Shown here: positions 36,201 to 51,200 of the stretch, piece after piece
Layout: every line of letters begins with the position of its first letter
Position numbering within the stretch: position 1 is the stretch's first letter
DNA from: Tubulanus polymorphus
Taxonomy: Eukaryota; Animalia; Nemertea
Assembly: GCF_964204645.1 (NCBI RefSeq)
Contig: NC_134028.1
Location: 12,819,263 to 12,883,262 of the forward strand
Length of the DNA: 64,000 nt
Reading direction: 5' to 3'
The notes under the pieces: model-generated
What the model saw: the letters and a program-made list of their open reading frames with translations, nothing else
Databases searched by the model: none
Told to the model about the DNA's origin: nothing
Position numbers and translations under genes: made by a program

Positions 36201-39200
36201 AAGTTGCTCGAGCTTAACTACGGCAGCATTCGTTGCACATAAACGTGATTATCAATTATAACGTTGTTGTAATATCTCGAATTATGTATCTTTGATGAAA
36301 GACAATAGATTTTGTTTTATTTCTATAGTCTCTGATTTTCAGACAAATACGTAATTTTATGTCATTACGTATGCTTAATAGTTTCTGCGCATACACCAAG
36401 CGATATGGAGTATTTTCATTAAACAATATATTTTGGACTGATTTTATGATAATAAATGTAAGAAATTGCAATAAATACGTAATAGTTTTTTGTTTAAGTT
36501 ATTGTGTCTTATATCTACGGAACTCATGTACAACGGACAAGAGTGATATCATATCACGATGAGATTATTTCGAGAAAGCGACAGTATACGGAAATGTATT
36601 TGGAACTCATGTAAATCCATCTGAAGGAAATATACGGAAGCGATAAAGTACGGAAGCTTATTTGGAAAAACGCGAAAAAACGCGATATATCGCGATTTAT
36701 CGACATAATTAAGTCGATATATTGTGATATATCACGTTTTTTCGACAGGAATATGTCGACATATCATGACGTTTTCACGACAAATTTCGCCTTTTCGTAC
36801 GGAAGCGATAATTGGCCTCGAGATGTCGCGTTCCAACTCGGACAAGTTGTCATATTTAAGTCGACATACCGCAATATATCGCGTCAAGTCGACATGAACA
36901 TGTCGACATATTGTGACGTTTTCACGACTAATTTCGCTTTTTTGCCCATTTTCCACTGGACAAGCCGTCATTTGAAGACATGTCTAAATGTAAGATGAGG
37001 ACACCAGTGATATGACGACTGAGTTTCAAGTCGTCATGATTATGTCGACTAGTCGCGAGGAAAGTGGTCGAGAAAACGAAATATATCATCAAAACGTCAC
37101 GATATGTCGACATATTCATGTCGACTTGACGCGATATATCGCGATATGTCGACATAGATATACCGACTTGTCGAGTTGGAACGCGACAACTGGAGGCCCC
37201 TTATCGCTTCCGTTACATCTCTTCTTTTTATGATGACGACAAATGAAAACAAATTTGGAAAATAAGTGGATGAGAATTTTATTCTATATAAATCACAATG
37301 TCTAAAACTGAGAGAGCAACCAGTTATAGAGATTGCAAGCTTCGGTAGGCGATGAAGGTTGTCTTAAATTGTTGTTCTCGATTAACTCGCCGCATACGTC
37401 TGCAAATTCTGGATCGCATCCTCTTGTATCATTTGGTTTAGTGCAGAATTCTTCACGTATTTGATTCAATATGCCAATGTCATCGATTGAGGTCTTGTAG
37501 TCAATCGTGCCTAAAAGAAAGATTTAGCATGCGATGATAATTGTATTCAAAACGAAATAGAACTATACCATGCCTACATGTCACAAAGCTACCATACGCT
37601 TCTGGTGTGAAGTATAACAGATCTGGTTTTCCATGGGGGCTGTCAACATTTCGTTGGTGCCGGATTGTGTGAGTGTTCCACTCCTTTGCGAAGTCGTTCA
37701 AATCATTCCTTATCAAATCCATGAAGCAGTAACGTAATGTCTCTCTGCAAAGCAAACCGAAAACATGACACTTTACAGCTTTTTTCGAATACCCAGCAAG
37801 TTATGATCGTCCTATGCTTTAAATCAATCCAGAAAACTCTCAATTGGAAACATACATGTGTACGGGATCAGCGGTAGAAAAAATACAACTGTCTGCCATA
37901 TCTTTGAATAGATTCATCCAGAATTGTCCTAGAGAATGGCGTAAAGTACGCCACCATCTTTCAATTCTCTGAAAAAAATCAGTCAACAAATGAAACTCAT
38001 TTTGACATCGTATTTTGTAACTTGAACATTTCTACTTTAGTATTCACAATGAAACGGTTGTTAATTTTCACTGGAATTCCTGTTCACGTTTTAGTTGAAT
38101 GCCTCACTTGATTATGTGTCGATCTTCCAACGACGACACTCGCTGTCTCATCAACATCTTCAAACCTGAATGATTCCTGTATTGCCCGTAGTTTACCGTT
38201 TTCAGTACCTGCGTCAATTCTTATGCACATAGGAACACCTATGTCGTTATGTCACGAAGACGTTAATTACTTTTTTATTCAAACAAATGTAGCCTAAATT
38301 CCCCTTAGTATCCACAATATATAAGCCTATAACTGGAATTAACCGATTGTTTCCCGCCTTCGAAAATCTATGCACAATAAAAGTTAGGTCGGAAATATGC
38401 AATTTTGCTGTAAATAACAATATTGTTTACACTATCAGATTTATCAATCAGTTGTGTACGTCAGTGTCTGCAGCACTATGAAAGGTCGCATTTTGACTAA
38501 TCACATCATTGAAGAGGATGACCAATGAGCAACGATCAAAATTACATCTAGTAGTCGATGAAATCCAGATGTGAAATTTAATTACGGACTCGATTTTGCT
38601 ACAAGTTTAAAAGTCTAAATGCACAGTGGTTAAATAGTCCGCCGAAAGTTTTGATCATACCACCAAATTACATACCACCAAATTACATACCACCAAATAA
38701 TGAGTTTGCAGTTTCTTATGAACAACCGATAGCTGTTGTGTTCATTCACAAAGTTATATACCTTTTATTTCTTGCTAGAAATCAATGAAATACCAACCAA
38801 TCGTGTGGGGATCGTTGTTGGTGTTGCCAACTTTCAGCCACAATATGCGTCGCGAGTAACGGTATGAAATCAACAAATTTTGCCAAAGATATTGAATATT
38901 ATTTTTCAAACATGGTATTCAGCATTAACTTTACCCATCTATAGCTGCATGTATGGCGAAACCATATGGCTTTAGCTTATCATGGCCATCTACATGAATT
39001 AAGTAATTCGGACCTTTTGATGAGTATTTTCGGTATATATTTATATATATATCGACTGTATGGCACTTTACCAGGACAGCCGCAACTGCAGTATTCAAAC
39101 AGAAATTCTTGTTTCTTTTCAACCCCATTCCTTGCAAACGCCGTTTCAAGGTACGCTCACTATAAATTTTACAAGAAAGTACCTTCGACTTGGTCACAAG

Positions 39201-42200
39201 GTTCGTAGGGATCCTGGAAAGTACTTAATAGTGCTTGAATCACAAAATGCGTTTTCAAGGCCTTGAAAATGCTTGAATTTTCAAAATTTCAGTAAAAATC
39301 ATTGGAAGTCCGTAGGAACTAGTTTACTCAAAAACATCTTACCTCATTTGAAGTCCGAAAAAACCAGATAACGAATTGCATATCTCTTTATTTGTGAATC
39401 CATCATTAAAGAGCTGTTGAATTAAACCATGAACTATCAGGAAAGATAGGGTAATATACTTAATTGTTCATGGACCTAGATAAAAAGGGTGGAAATTAAT
39501 ATAAAGATTAAAAACATAATACCAATGTTCTCCGAATTGAGGAAAGATGACATCATTTATAGTCTTTCGCCGTGCATATATATATATGGTCATATGTTTA
39601 AAGGTATGAAGGAAATGATCCCGAAAGATTGTAAAGCATCTGCTGCATGCTATCATCGTATGACCCAATTATGAAGGTGCGATGATGAAAAACGCCCACG
39701 TTGTGCATGGCGATAAAACGACTTTTTCTCGTTTTATCGCGCGATGAAACGACTTTTTCTCGTTTTATCGCGCGATGAAACGACTTTTTCTTGTTTTATT
39801 GCGCAATAAAACGACTTTTTCTCGTTTTATCGCGGTAATTTTCGTTTTATCGCGCTATTTTTCGTTTTAACGTGGCAATAAAATGAAAAGTTCGTTTTAT
39901 CACGGTAATTTTCGTTTTATTGTGCTATTTTTCGTTTTAACGTGTCAATAAAACGAAAAAGTTCGTTTTATCGCGGGTGCGGTTGTATCAGCTGTTGAAG
40001 ACGTACGATGTAAAGAATAATTTTAACAACGTGCGCGACGAAAATAGGGATTTTAATTGACTCGTATTGTATAGGCCTAAGCCAGGCCCTCCTGAATTGA
40101 ATTGAATTCGACACAGTAATTCGCCTGTAATTTGCGATGAATCTTTTTGAAAATATGCTTGAAGATTGGGTCTGGCGAGATGTCCACCCCTATTGTAAAA
40201 AATTGTCATTGGTGATCAAATATTGCTGCCATTTGGGTGGCCATCTTGAATTTCTTGTTTGCACGATGCAGCCTTCAATTCTTGATGGATTATCACAAAA
40301 TTTGGTGTGAGGATCAGGGTAGGTAAGCTGTCCATGCCTTTAGTATTTGGAGGTCATCGGCTATCAAATATGGCCACCAGGTCAGCCATCTTGAATTTCT
40401 AGTACGAAACGGCCTGCAATTCTTGATGCATTTCCATGATACTAGGTGTAAGAATTTATGTAGGTGAAATGTCTACCCCTTATTGAAAATTGAGTTCAAG
40501 TATGGCCACCAGGATTGCCATCCATCTTGGATTTCTTTTCAGCACGATGCCTACATTGTCCAATTGTTGATGCACTTTTTCATGTAGTGTGATCTTTGGG
40601 GCAGCTAAAATGGGCTTGTCTTTTCGTGTAAGGATATATTAACAGAAAATGAACATTATCGTCACATAGCCTATACCATCTTAACTACAATGTCAATCTT
40701 TCTGTAAAACTTTGGATACTGAATCATTCTTCTTCTAGGCCTACTGCGTCATGAAGGTATAAGGCCCGTGGGCCTTTGTTTCTGTATTGTCACCAGGGGG
40801 CGTTGGATAGTAGAATTACTGAGTATATCTTTATTAATATTAGGCATATTTTGTTACCATGATCAATTGCAAGGTTTTAGTTCATGACATGTTCTATGAT
40901 TTTGGTGCGTTTCCAGGTCATTTGGTTTTGCATATGGTCCCCAAGGGGTGCTGAATAGAAGAATAAGTTAGTATTTCTAATCAAATTGGTAACATGCATA
41001 TTTTGTTATCACAATCAATTCTAATAGCTGCTGACGTGTTCTATGATTGTGGTGAGTTTCAAGGTCATTGGTTTTTGTATATGGCCACCAGGGGGCGTTG
41101 AATATAAAAATTGGTAGATTGTTAGGCATTTGAAACCACTTCCCAAGTGGGCATGGTGTCCCTGGACCCCTAGTTTCCATAACGTTAAAGTAAGTACAAT
41201 TTATTACACAAATAACAGTCGTATTTTTCATGTACTTGCTTTTGCTGAAAATCATGCCAGATTGAATTTTTAACGATCTTAAGCGGAACACTGACGTCTT
41301 TGTGACCGCTATTGTAAAGTTTCATATGTAGAATCGAAAATGGCGTCTAGTGTGGATAATTCTGTCAAGTCTGATGCCAAGTTCTCTTCAGATCCATCAT
41401 CTCAATCTGAGCCTCATGACACACATGATTCCCCCTGCTCAACTTAAGTCATATACATTTACCCCCGTCTGAGTACGCCACCGCCGTCGCAAGTGACGTT
41501 TACAGTCTAGAGGCCGTTGACCGATTGTTTTCAAATTTGGTACACATGAAAAATGACGTTAAAGGCCTAGAGGCCGCAATTGTTGCCCGATCCATTTTGA
41601 ATTTGTTACACATGTAGGATATCACTTGGGCTTTTCTTGATATTTTCTGTCCTTATTTTCGGTCGGTAACAAGTCACTTTTCTCCCATCATTAGAATTCA
41701 TTCCATAAGTTATCAGTCCTTTTCATTTGTTCTCAAATCTCCAGAGTACCAATGTGTAATTTTGATGCTGATTAAACATACACTAATGTAAATTTAGGAG
41801 AGTCCATATTAAGAATTTCGTTTCTTGTTTAGGGTGTTATCCTACAAGCACTGCTTCTTTATAACTTCCCTACTGATATATTGTAGTATTCTATATGATT
41901 ATTCTTTATTTGAATTTTGTATCGATTTTTATTATATATATCGTACTACAATTTACAGGAAATAGATAATTATTAAAAAAATGAAATATATATAGATATT
42001 AGAAATTTATTACAGGGATGAAAATCTTCCGTTCAAAGACGGATTTCCGACTTTTCAGTTTCACTTCCATCATTGAAAACAGTGTAAATCTGGGTCACAA
42101 AGTTCTGAGATCGGTAGATCACAGCAGCCGTAAAAACGCTGCGAACCGCAGAAGCTTTCATTATATGTTTTCCATCACAGCGGCCGTAAAAACGCGAACC

Positions 42201-45200
42201 GCAGAAGCTTTCATTATATGTTTTCCCAATCTCCATTCAAGAAGACAGTACAAATTGAATCAATAATCGTATCTATTTGAATCGTAAACATTGTGTTGAT
42301 TGTACGCGTGACACAGAAAAAGCCAATCACGGACGCAGAACCGGCCCGTGTATCTGACGTCTGGCCGACTGTGACCATATTTCAGATGCTACCGGCTATA
42401 TTCAATTCAATAGTTGATTTTGTGGCTCAACTTCGTGGAAATTGTGTCAATTAATGGTAAATTTTCTAAACACGAGGGGAGGGGGACAGCTCTTGAGGAA
42501 TGAGAGAGCTATTACGAGCGTGTCGGCATTGTGTTGACCAAAGCACACCATTTTTACTGGCATTGAATTAACGAAGACTCCAATTAATGGGGTTAAATAC
42601 GCTGCAAAATAGATCTGGCAACTTTGTATTCAAGATTATTTCACATTATATTGGGCTGAATGGTGAAAGAAGTTGATCACAATAATATTAAGATTTTTTA
42701 ATAATATTTTATCAATAATTCGTTCGGATAAATTTGTTTTACAAGCTGAATTAATATGCGGATGACCACATCACTTGGCAGGAATGGGCACCTTGCACCA
42801 AAGGTTGGTACTGCAGCGGTTTTAAATTCCTTGTTTTGTGCTGGGAAAGTGAGTGGGAGTCCTTAAATTTGAAAAGTTGGCAGACAATGTCCCTGAAAGC
42901 CTTTAATTTTTACTTTTAGACGGAAACATAGATGTATAAACTAGTTTATACGTCCATGACCTAAATTATTGCAAAATTGTATGGCAGTTTGGCGTGCTTT
43001 CCTCGTTAACGGGGTTCCCTATGCATCGCAACAACCAATTCGAGCTACGCGCACCTGCTACGGAATCCTGTCGATAGACTGTTTAGTAACACATTTTCCT
43101 TGCCAAACTTGTATTCTTAATCTATATTGTATGAAAATAGAAATAATAATTTGAAAGTATTTTGCATTCTAAAATTGATTTTTGGTGCACCAGTGCTTAT
43201 TTTGGTGAATATAATGTGCGTATGAATATTCGGATGAATTATACGCAATATTAGTCTTATTTACATATATAGAAAACAGCGAACTGGCGAATTGTTTAGG
43301 ATATAAGTAATCGTCATTCTATGCCACGGCACGGCTCATCCGTGGCGATCCTGCTTTGCATGGGCATCATGTGGGGAGAATGAGTGTTGTGAATGCATTT
43401 CGTCATGATGCTCTGATTCCGGGCTGTGGCTGCGACAGTCTCTATCCACAACACGCAGACATCCGCAACACGCTGATGTAGCTGCTATGGTTCATTCTTC
43501 TAACCGAGAACGAATCTACTCATATATTACAAATTGCGTCCTTCTATCGTTTACCTGTAATTTGAACTTCGACAAATCATCTCATCGCTGCACTGGGAAT
43601 GATGAGATTTGGCGATTGGGCAGATGATAGATACAGGTCTTCGACTCTAGTAGTGGTTTAATTTTTGTTTATTGAAAATTCTCAATAATTGATCGCAAAC
43701 TTGCGACCGACTTTATTTACTTATGCCTCTAAGCTGGTCTGCAACTTCATTGCCTCCATGGTTGAAGAAAGAGCTCTTCTGATGTCTGCTCCATCATGAG
43801 TTCGAGCATATCGTGTGGCCTAGCCAGCCGGCCCGGGCCCGGGCCACAGGTCTGGCTGTTACTCGATATCCTAGAGTCTTGAGTCTGGGTTGAAGTAGAC
43901 ATTGTCATTTAAAATAACATGTTTATGTTGTTCTGTATGAATTACCCGTGTGTCATGTATGTTGTATTTTCTTATTTTAAAATTTGTATTTATTGAATTT
44001 GGGAATTTTATCCCTGAATTTCAATGTTATAAGGATCAATAAAGAATTGAATTGAATTGTCACCTAATACACATGCCATCAGAGGATGCGGAGTCGTATA
44101 TGACAGCTATGCTATTATAAATCGCTAATCTCACGAAACCTGCATACTCCTAATATCGAACATATTTTCTAAAACATTTGAATATTGAAATTGTATGTTT
44201 ACACATTTTCATATTGACTGCTTGTAGCCACTGATGAAATTCACGCCGTCCCTACACACATCGTAGATAGCTTCGTCATTCCACCAGCATCCCCACGTCA
44301 GGGTCTGACTTTTATTATATCAGACTTCCGCATCGTGTATACATCCGCCATTTAACCGAATAATCCGATTTACTTATCATTTCGATTTATGCCTGCCGCT
44401 TCTGATATAATCATACATCCTTTACTATTACAAGACGTCTTCTAATGATATTCAATGCAATATAACATTTCGACGTTCAAATATAGGTCATTATATAATC
44501 ACAGGAAGCCATTCTACATCTATGTCAATAATATTTTGCCAAATAGCATGTTTGTGTACACATAGACCTGTGACGTTTTGCACATCGATTTACGGCTGTC
44601 GTTTGTAAAATGACGCTGAATGGTTAACATTGTGTTTAGGTTTCATAATGGTAACGATTTATAAGGCGTCAAAAAAGTCTTTGAAAGTGATAGACATTGG
44701 TCCTATAACCGGCCATATTTCACTCTAAAGTTTAAAGCAAAACAAATCGATCTGACGTATTTGTTCCTGTCTACCACTGTCCGAGGCGTCAAGCCTCACT
44801 GTAGTGCCCAGGGACTGTTGATACGGTTGTCATTGCAACGGACACCAATAACAATAATGAAGAACCAGAAACTGTCCATCCTCGAGGTCACATATTGTCA
44901 AATACATAGGTAACAATTTTCTTGGGTCTGAAATTATACCCCAATGAAACCCCTTACATCCGGCCTTCCGACATATCGGTGGAAAAGTGGGTAAATGAGT
45001 AGAAAAATAAATTTTTTAGTTCTATTGCTTTGAAATTTTTACTACATAAAGTAAGGATATATGGCACACAATTTCAGTTGGAATTGAAAAGATCAGTGCA
45101 TTTTGCTGGGAGACAGTTTATCTGAAACTTTTTCGTGAATTGTTTTCATGGCGGCCATCTTGGAGTATATGACCTTGACCTCAAGTTCACTTATACCCAC

Positions 45201-48200
45201 ATTATTTATGTCTACTTTGTTGGCCCAAAGGATATCAACAACATGCTATATAATTTTTCTGTGTCGGATACCTTGGTAACTATTCTATGAAGCCTCAAAT
45301 ATACCCCTATAAACCCCCAAATTCCCTCCGGTACAGCAGCGGAGACACTATGTGGTATTGAAAGGGTTAATGATGTTGTATGAATAATTCTCGCTGATTG
45401 CTTTTAAGGCTTGGCTAAAGATGAATGCACACTTCGTGAGCTCAATGTATCCAAGGGAGCAAAATTAATGGTTGTAGGGTCAACATTAAATGATGTACTA
45501 TCAGTGACAGCACCTGATCCTAAGGAATTAAAAGAAGAAAAGCCACACACTAAATCGAAGGAACCTTTATGTCAAGATAAAGTGAGTGTTTTTGCGAATC
45601 TTTACATGATATCTAAATGAGAACTTAGTGGCTGTACTATTGTGAGTCTGGCTCCCTCACAATTATACTACATATATATATTCATTCTTTATTTTGCTAA
45701 TAAACATGAATTAAATATAAATTACATAATTTTTTTTTTTAAACATATATTAGCAGGGTGAACCTGTTAAAAGTTTTCACTTGTAGCAACAGGTACCCAA
45801 ATACACACTTCACTCTCACCCACACATTCATACTTTCGCATTCACACATGATTTTCTACTGCTACAGGCATACAAAAATAGGTATATAATAGTAAGATGA
45901 TATAGGTACAGTTACATTGTTTGATTAATTCATTGGGGTTTTTTTCTTAATAATGATTAATAATTACTAATTATGAATTTCTTATAAGCTGACTTAAAGA
46001 TCTCTAGGGAAGGTGATGATTTGAAAATATTACTCATTTCATTCCAAAGTTTTGGGCCATTGTAACTAAGGAAATTTCGGCTTAAGTTATTTCGGCATAA
46101 GGGTAGTACAAATTATGAGGATTATATGAAAATTACTGGAGTTAATTAACATATAGGGCTTCAAATTCTGATGGGGTGCCCACTCATCTGGACCATATGA
46201 TAAACATGGCTGAATGCTTAAAATGGCGGGCAAAAAATATGTAGGTTGTGTTTTGCTATAGAGTATACTGTATTAGGTGAAAAATCAGACAATAAGAGTT
46301 TTGACGTGACCTATATTTGCCGGACAGCTATGATTGCTCAACTAAGTAAAGAATGAAGTTTATTGCTAGCTCGGCCGAGTGAAACTGCCGAATTTAATCA
46401 GTCACTCACCCGAGTAGATAGGCTAATTCTATCATATACTCGGGCGAGTAAAGAACTTGACTTTCACTAAGCTCGGCCAAGTGGATTGTCGAATTCAATC
46501 AATCATTCGGCCAAGTAAAGAACTTTCTGATATATTACTTGGGCGAGTAAATGCCCGAGTAACTTGTCAATTGGGACCGTATTCTATAACTCGGTGATGT
46601 AATGAATGAATTGAGCATGTACATCATGGACAATCTCTGAAATCTCTGAAATAGTAACCACCAATATCTTCATATTCAAATATGATTTACACAACTTTTA
46701 AATATTTCAAATAGATTTGGATTCTAAATTACATTAAACTCATTTGAGAATAAACCTTTTTTGGCCAAACAATGAAGACATTTTTTGGGATATTTTCAAG
46801 TGAGTGATAACCTATTTGTATCTGGTAGAAAGATGTTTTCGGGGCTTTTGTTAGTGGTGATCATGCCCAGATTCAGTTTCTACTTGAGGTTTCTTATGCA
46901 TTGTTGGTTCCCATGGCAACCAAAGCCTCTAAGTAACACATTTTGCTTTCCATGATTTGATTTTTCCATAGATTCATAAGAAAGTCCTTGAAAAATATGG
47001 AAAACCTGAAGACTGTATGCCTGGTATGAAAAATAGAAAGGAACCTTTACCTCCTGTTCCTCTGAGTGGTATGATAAATAAATCAGGTGGGAAAGTACGT
47101 CTCACATTTAAAATGGAAGTTGATCAACTTTGGATAGGAACTAAAGGTAAAATTCATTGCTGTTGCATGATTCAATGTGGGACAGATCAAGCGTTTAGCA
47201 TGTTTATGTTGTAGATGGTTGTTAAGACTGGTGTATAACCCAGGTTATATGTAAGCAAGACATAAGGCAGCAATCACCATGAATAATTGCATTCAGCAGA
47301 TATGATCTTAAAGATCAAGGGTAGCCATTTCGTCAAAATGATCTCATTCAATAGAAAACTAACCCATAACAAAAAGTTATTATTTCGATAAACACTGAGC
47401 TTGAATAAATATATGGTTTTGAAAAATAAATAGCAACGCATGAATTTTTTGAATGTGCACTGACTATTTGTTATACACATGACGGGCCTTACGGTGAATA
47501 AAACGTGTGCTAGACACGCATTATCAGTGTAAGTATTCTTGGTTTGTGGTTTACCTTTTTTAGCGATATTGAAGTTGGCATTGAGCCAATTATGTAAAAT
47601 GGCAGTACATTTTTTTATGTGAGCATTTGTTTCATTGGTTCTCGGCTTAAACGACGTATAATCGATGCGATCGAAGACATGGCGAACCTCCATCGATGAC
47701 ATGTTCAACTTTGTTATGTTAATATTCTATGAAAAACTGTTATTGGCGGGAAAATTTTTAGCTCGTGCAAATAAAATTGCAATGACCTCGATTGAGGGGG
47801 CATTGTCTCTACGAGCAAATGTGTATACACTACTATATATAGTGATACTGTAATAATGCTGCTTGCTGGCGCGTGCACGTTTGACATGAAAATAAGCTTT
47901 CATCCAAACTATTATAGCAGAAGATGAGCGCTGTGTTTTCTGTTTGATAGAATTTGTAATAAATGTAATTTCTTGTGACCTGAAAATACTTAGCAGCAAA
48001 CTATAGGTATAGGTCGAATATTTTAGTGGTATTAAAACGATCTACTGACATACACCGATTTTTAATTACGATACCTGGTTTTGTAGCTTCCGCAGCAATA
48101 CATTGGAAAAGATTGTCAAGACTACTTAGACACTCTCTGATTTGTGATAGCATATGAATTTTATTCAAATAATTTTCATTTTGAGAATATTATTTTTTTT

Positions 48201-51200
48201 AAAATATAGAATAGTTTTCCTGTCTACATGTGCCCTACAAAATCTTGGACGTGGACTGTAAACAAATGTTTTTTTGGCCTTGATTTGACTACAAAATAAT
48301 TATTTGCCAATGGGCAATTTATTCCTATTCAATGCCAACTGAATTTATTACTAAGCATTGGTTTTTTTTTTTGAGACTGTGCATGCGCTAGTTACCGATT
48401 GCAATCGTGCTGAGCTCTGACAAAAACCTAAATTTCTGTATTACGATGGCCTCGAACTTCCAGGATCAGCGATGTATTGTGGAAAAAGGGTCTATACCCA
48501 TATGATCCCATATGAAAAAGTCGCAACCGTCAAGATTTAATGACTATATAATGAATATACTCAGGTTTGTTTACAAACCGTTGGCATGGAAATTGTCACT
48601 TCCGCCGGTGGAATGCCTACTGTTGGCAATGAATTAACCATGAAGAATAGTAACATTAGCTTATCGTCGTATTTACAACCTGTCGCTGTTCCGCAAGTTA
48701 ACGATAACATTTCAATCAATCTGAATACAGGCCTAAGAGACTCTATGGATCCATATTTACCTCAACATCCAGCATCAATGCCATTTTCCGGCATTTACCG
48801 CAATGTGAAGCTGCACCTGGTAGCAGACGACACATTAGCCATTCCCATAAGCCTAGAAATAGACAACTCAGTGCCTCATCGTCTAGGAATGGCTCCGACT
48901 AATTCATCTGACTTACGTTCAGGATTATGCAATCCTCCTACTACCAATACCATAGCTGTCGATCAAAACAATGTCGATCTGTCCACCTTATACTTTTGCA
49001 CCTTTTAGAGATCACCCACCTGCTTCATCACCAAACTCTCCTATCTCTCCTAACCCGTGTAATTCTAATGCATCTCAGTGTTATATTTGTACAGACACCA
49101 GTGTTATATTTGATAGACCCCAATGAAGCAATGTGTTGTAACGGGTGTGATAACCTTATTTGTTAAAACTGCTCTGAAACGACGATTAATGGCCGCAAAT
49201 ATGCTATAAACAGAGGTTTCCTCTGATTCCGTCCAATATGCCATAAGCCTGCTTTAAGTGTCACTAAATCTGCCTGCAAAGTCGAAAAGCAATGCAAAAT
49301 GTATTTTATTGTCTATGAAAAAACGATTGGAGACCATTGAATGCAATTTTAGGGCACATAACCAAAGATTCGAAAACTTATGAGGGTGCCCCAGCTAAAA
49401 GAACCACAGTAGATAATGTCCAAAAACAAATTAAATCCACTCTCAAATTTAATCCAAGCCAGGACATATTTCCTAAAAAAGAAGCGGTTGCATCTCTAGT
49501 TGATCAAAAATTTGAAGACCACAAAAAAGAGATCAGATCTCTAGTTTCGGACCATGAAGAAAGGCGCAACCGGGAATTAAATCTAATTATCCACAACCTG
49601 CCCGAATCTACTCACGAAAACCGCATAAATAATCTCATGGATGACCTGAACAACCTAAGATCTATCATTGTGAAGTTTCTGAGCATACCCATACTCGAAG
49701 GATCCATCAAAGACGCTTTCAGGCTAAAAGGAGTTTTTAGTCGTAAAAAACTCAGGCGTGAGATCCTAATCCACTCGATCAAATTTAGGGACATAGTTCC
49801 CGACCTCGCAGGTAGTGAGTCATTAACAGCGAGTAAGCTCTACATTACCCGAGATCTTACGCCCATGGAACAAAATGAGCTCAGAGAACTTTGGAATGAG
49901 TTGAAATGCAGAATGGACAACGGCGAGAAAAATCTACGTATTTACAGGGGGAAAATCATCGAGTCATCAAACTTGCCCAGAAAACGAACTTATGACCATC
50001 AGCCCTTTCTCGCAAGTGGGAGGCCATAACCCTCCCGTTTCAAACTACGCTGCCACACTCTACTGATAAAACTGTGGCAAAACCTTGAACTACATTTTTT
50101 GCCGGAAGAATTTATGGCCAGAACAACAAAAACTGAACCCAGATATAATAGGGCTATGTGAAGTTTATCCAAAATATGGGCAGACCTTCAATGTAGACGC
50201 ATTAGTACCATCAGATTACCTAGCCATAGAACCTCCTGCTAACGGCCCCCTCAGCGTCGCTCTCTTTGTCAAGAACTACTTTAACCCCTTGCAAATTTTT
50301 CCGGCTATTACAACACCCTTCCATGAATCAGTGTAGTGTGAACTCAACATGCCCGGCAACAAACTGCTATGTGGATGCTTATATCGCAGCCCGTAGAGTT
50401 CCCCTCAGAACAATCACCAATTAATTGAAGAACTACCTATCATGTCGTCACTAAAGTATGATAACTTTCTAGTCGTGGGAGACTTCAATTTGGGCAATAT
50501 TAATTGGAGAAGGTTATCAGCCCCTGACTCGGACGTATTAGCGTGTGACTTGACTGGGAACAATGTTAAACAGCACGTTCAAGAACCGACACGCTTCAGA
50601 GGTTCAAACATCCCTAGCCTCCTAAACCTCGTTCTCACAAAAATCGAACCCCAAATAATCTCAACAGATATAAAACCACCCCTCAGTACAAGTGACCACT
50701 GTGCAATTGTAAACAAACTTTGTTGCTATGACTCCACCAACGAACGCTTGGAACTGTCACAGAAACCTGCTGTCAGGAAACTATGACCAAATCAAACAAA
50801 ACCTTCAATCCATACCGTGGGATGACACACTAAACAACAAAGATAAACAGGAATCATGGAACGCGAATCGGAAGAGAACGGAGGAGAATCGTCCGAAATC
50901 GACAGTTTGAGTAAAATTTACCGAAATTAACGAACTATAAACCATAAAGAGCCACCGGGCACTGAAGATTGAAGTATTTTATAATTTTTCAGTCTACTGT
51001 TATATGCCTTTGATTCCTGAAAAAAATACTTGAAGATAAATCAGCATTGCAATAACAAGACAATAATCGCTGTTACAGGCCATAGATGGCAGCACTATAC
51101 GGTCATTATTATCAGATATTTTTGGAAACTACCTACCATTATAATCTTGAAGATATGAAGGAGTTAACCATGTAAGTTAGAACAATGAATGATACCAATA

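Larger units (their letters stand above)
28131..39975. mobile_element. IS3EU-type DNA transposon (two convergent genes; right tip missing)
   Basis: Left terminus TATGGTGGCTGATTCGGGCCATGTAATAAAAAAA. Subterminal palindromic tandem arrays at ~28200-28800 (gataaaacgagaaaaagtcgttttatcgcgc) are inverted relative to ~39710-39975. Contains an IS3-like DDE transposase and an accessory gene. Confidence 0.75.
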
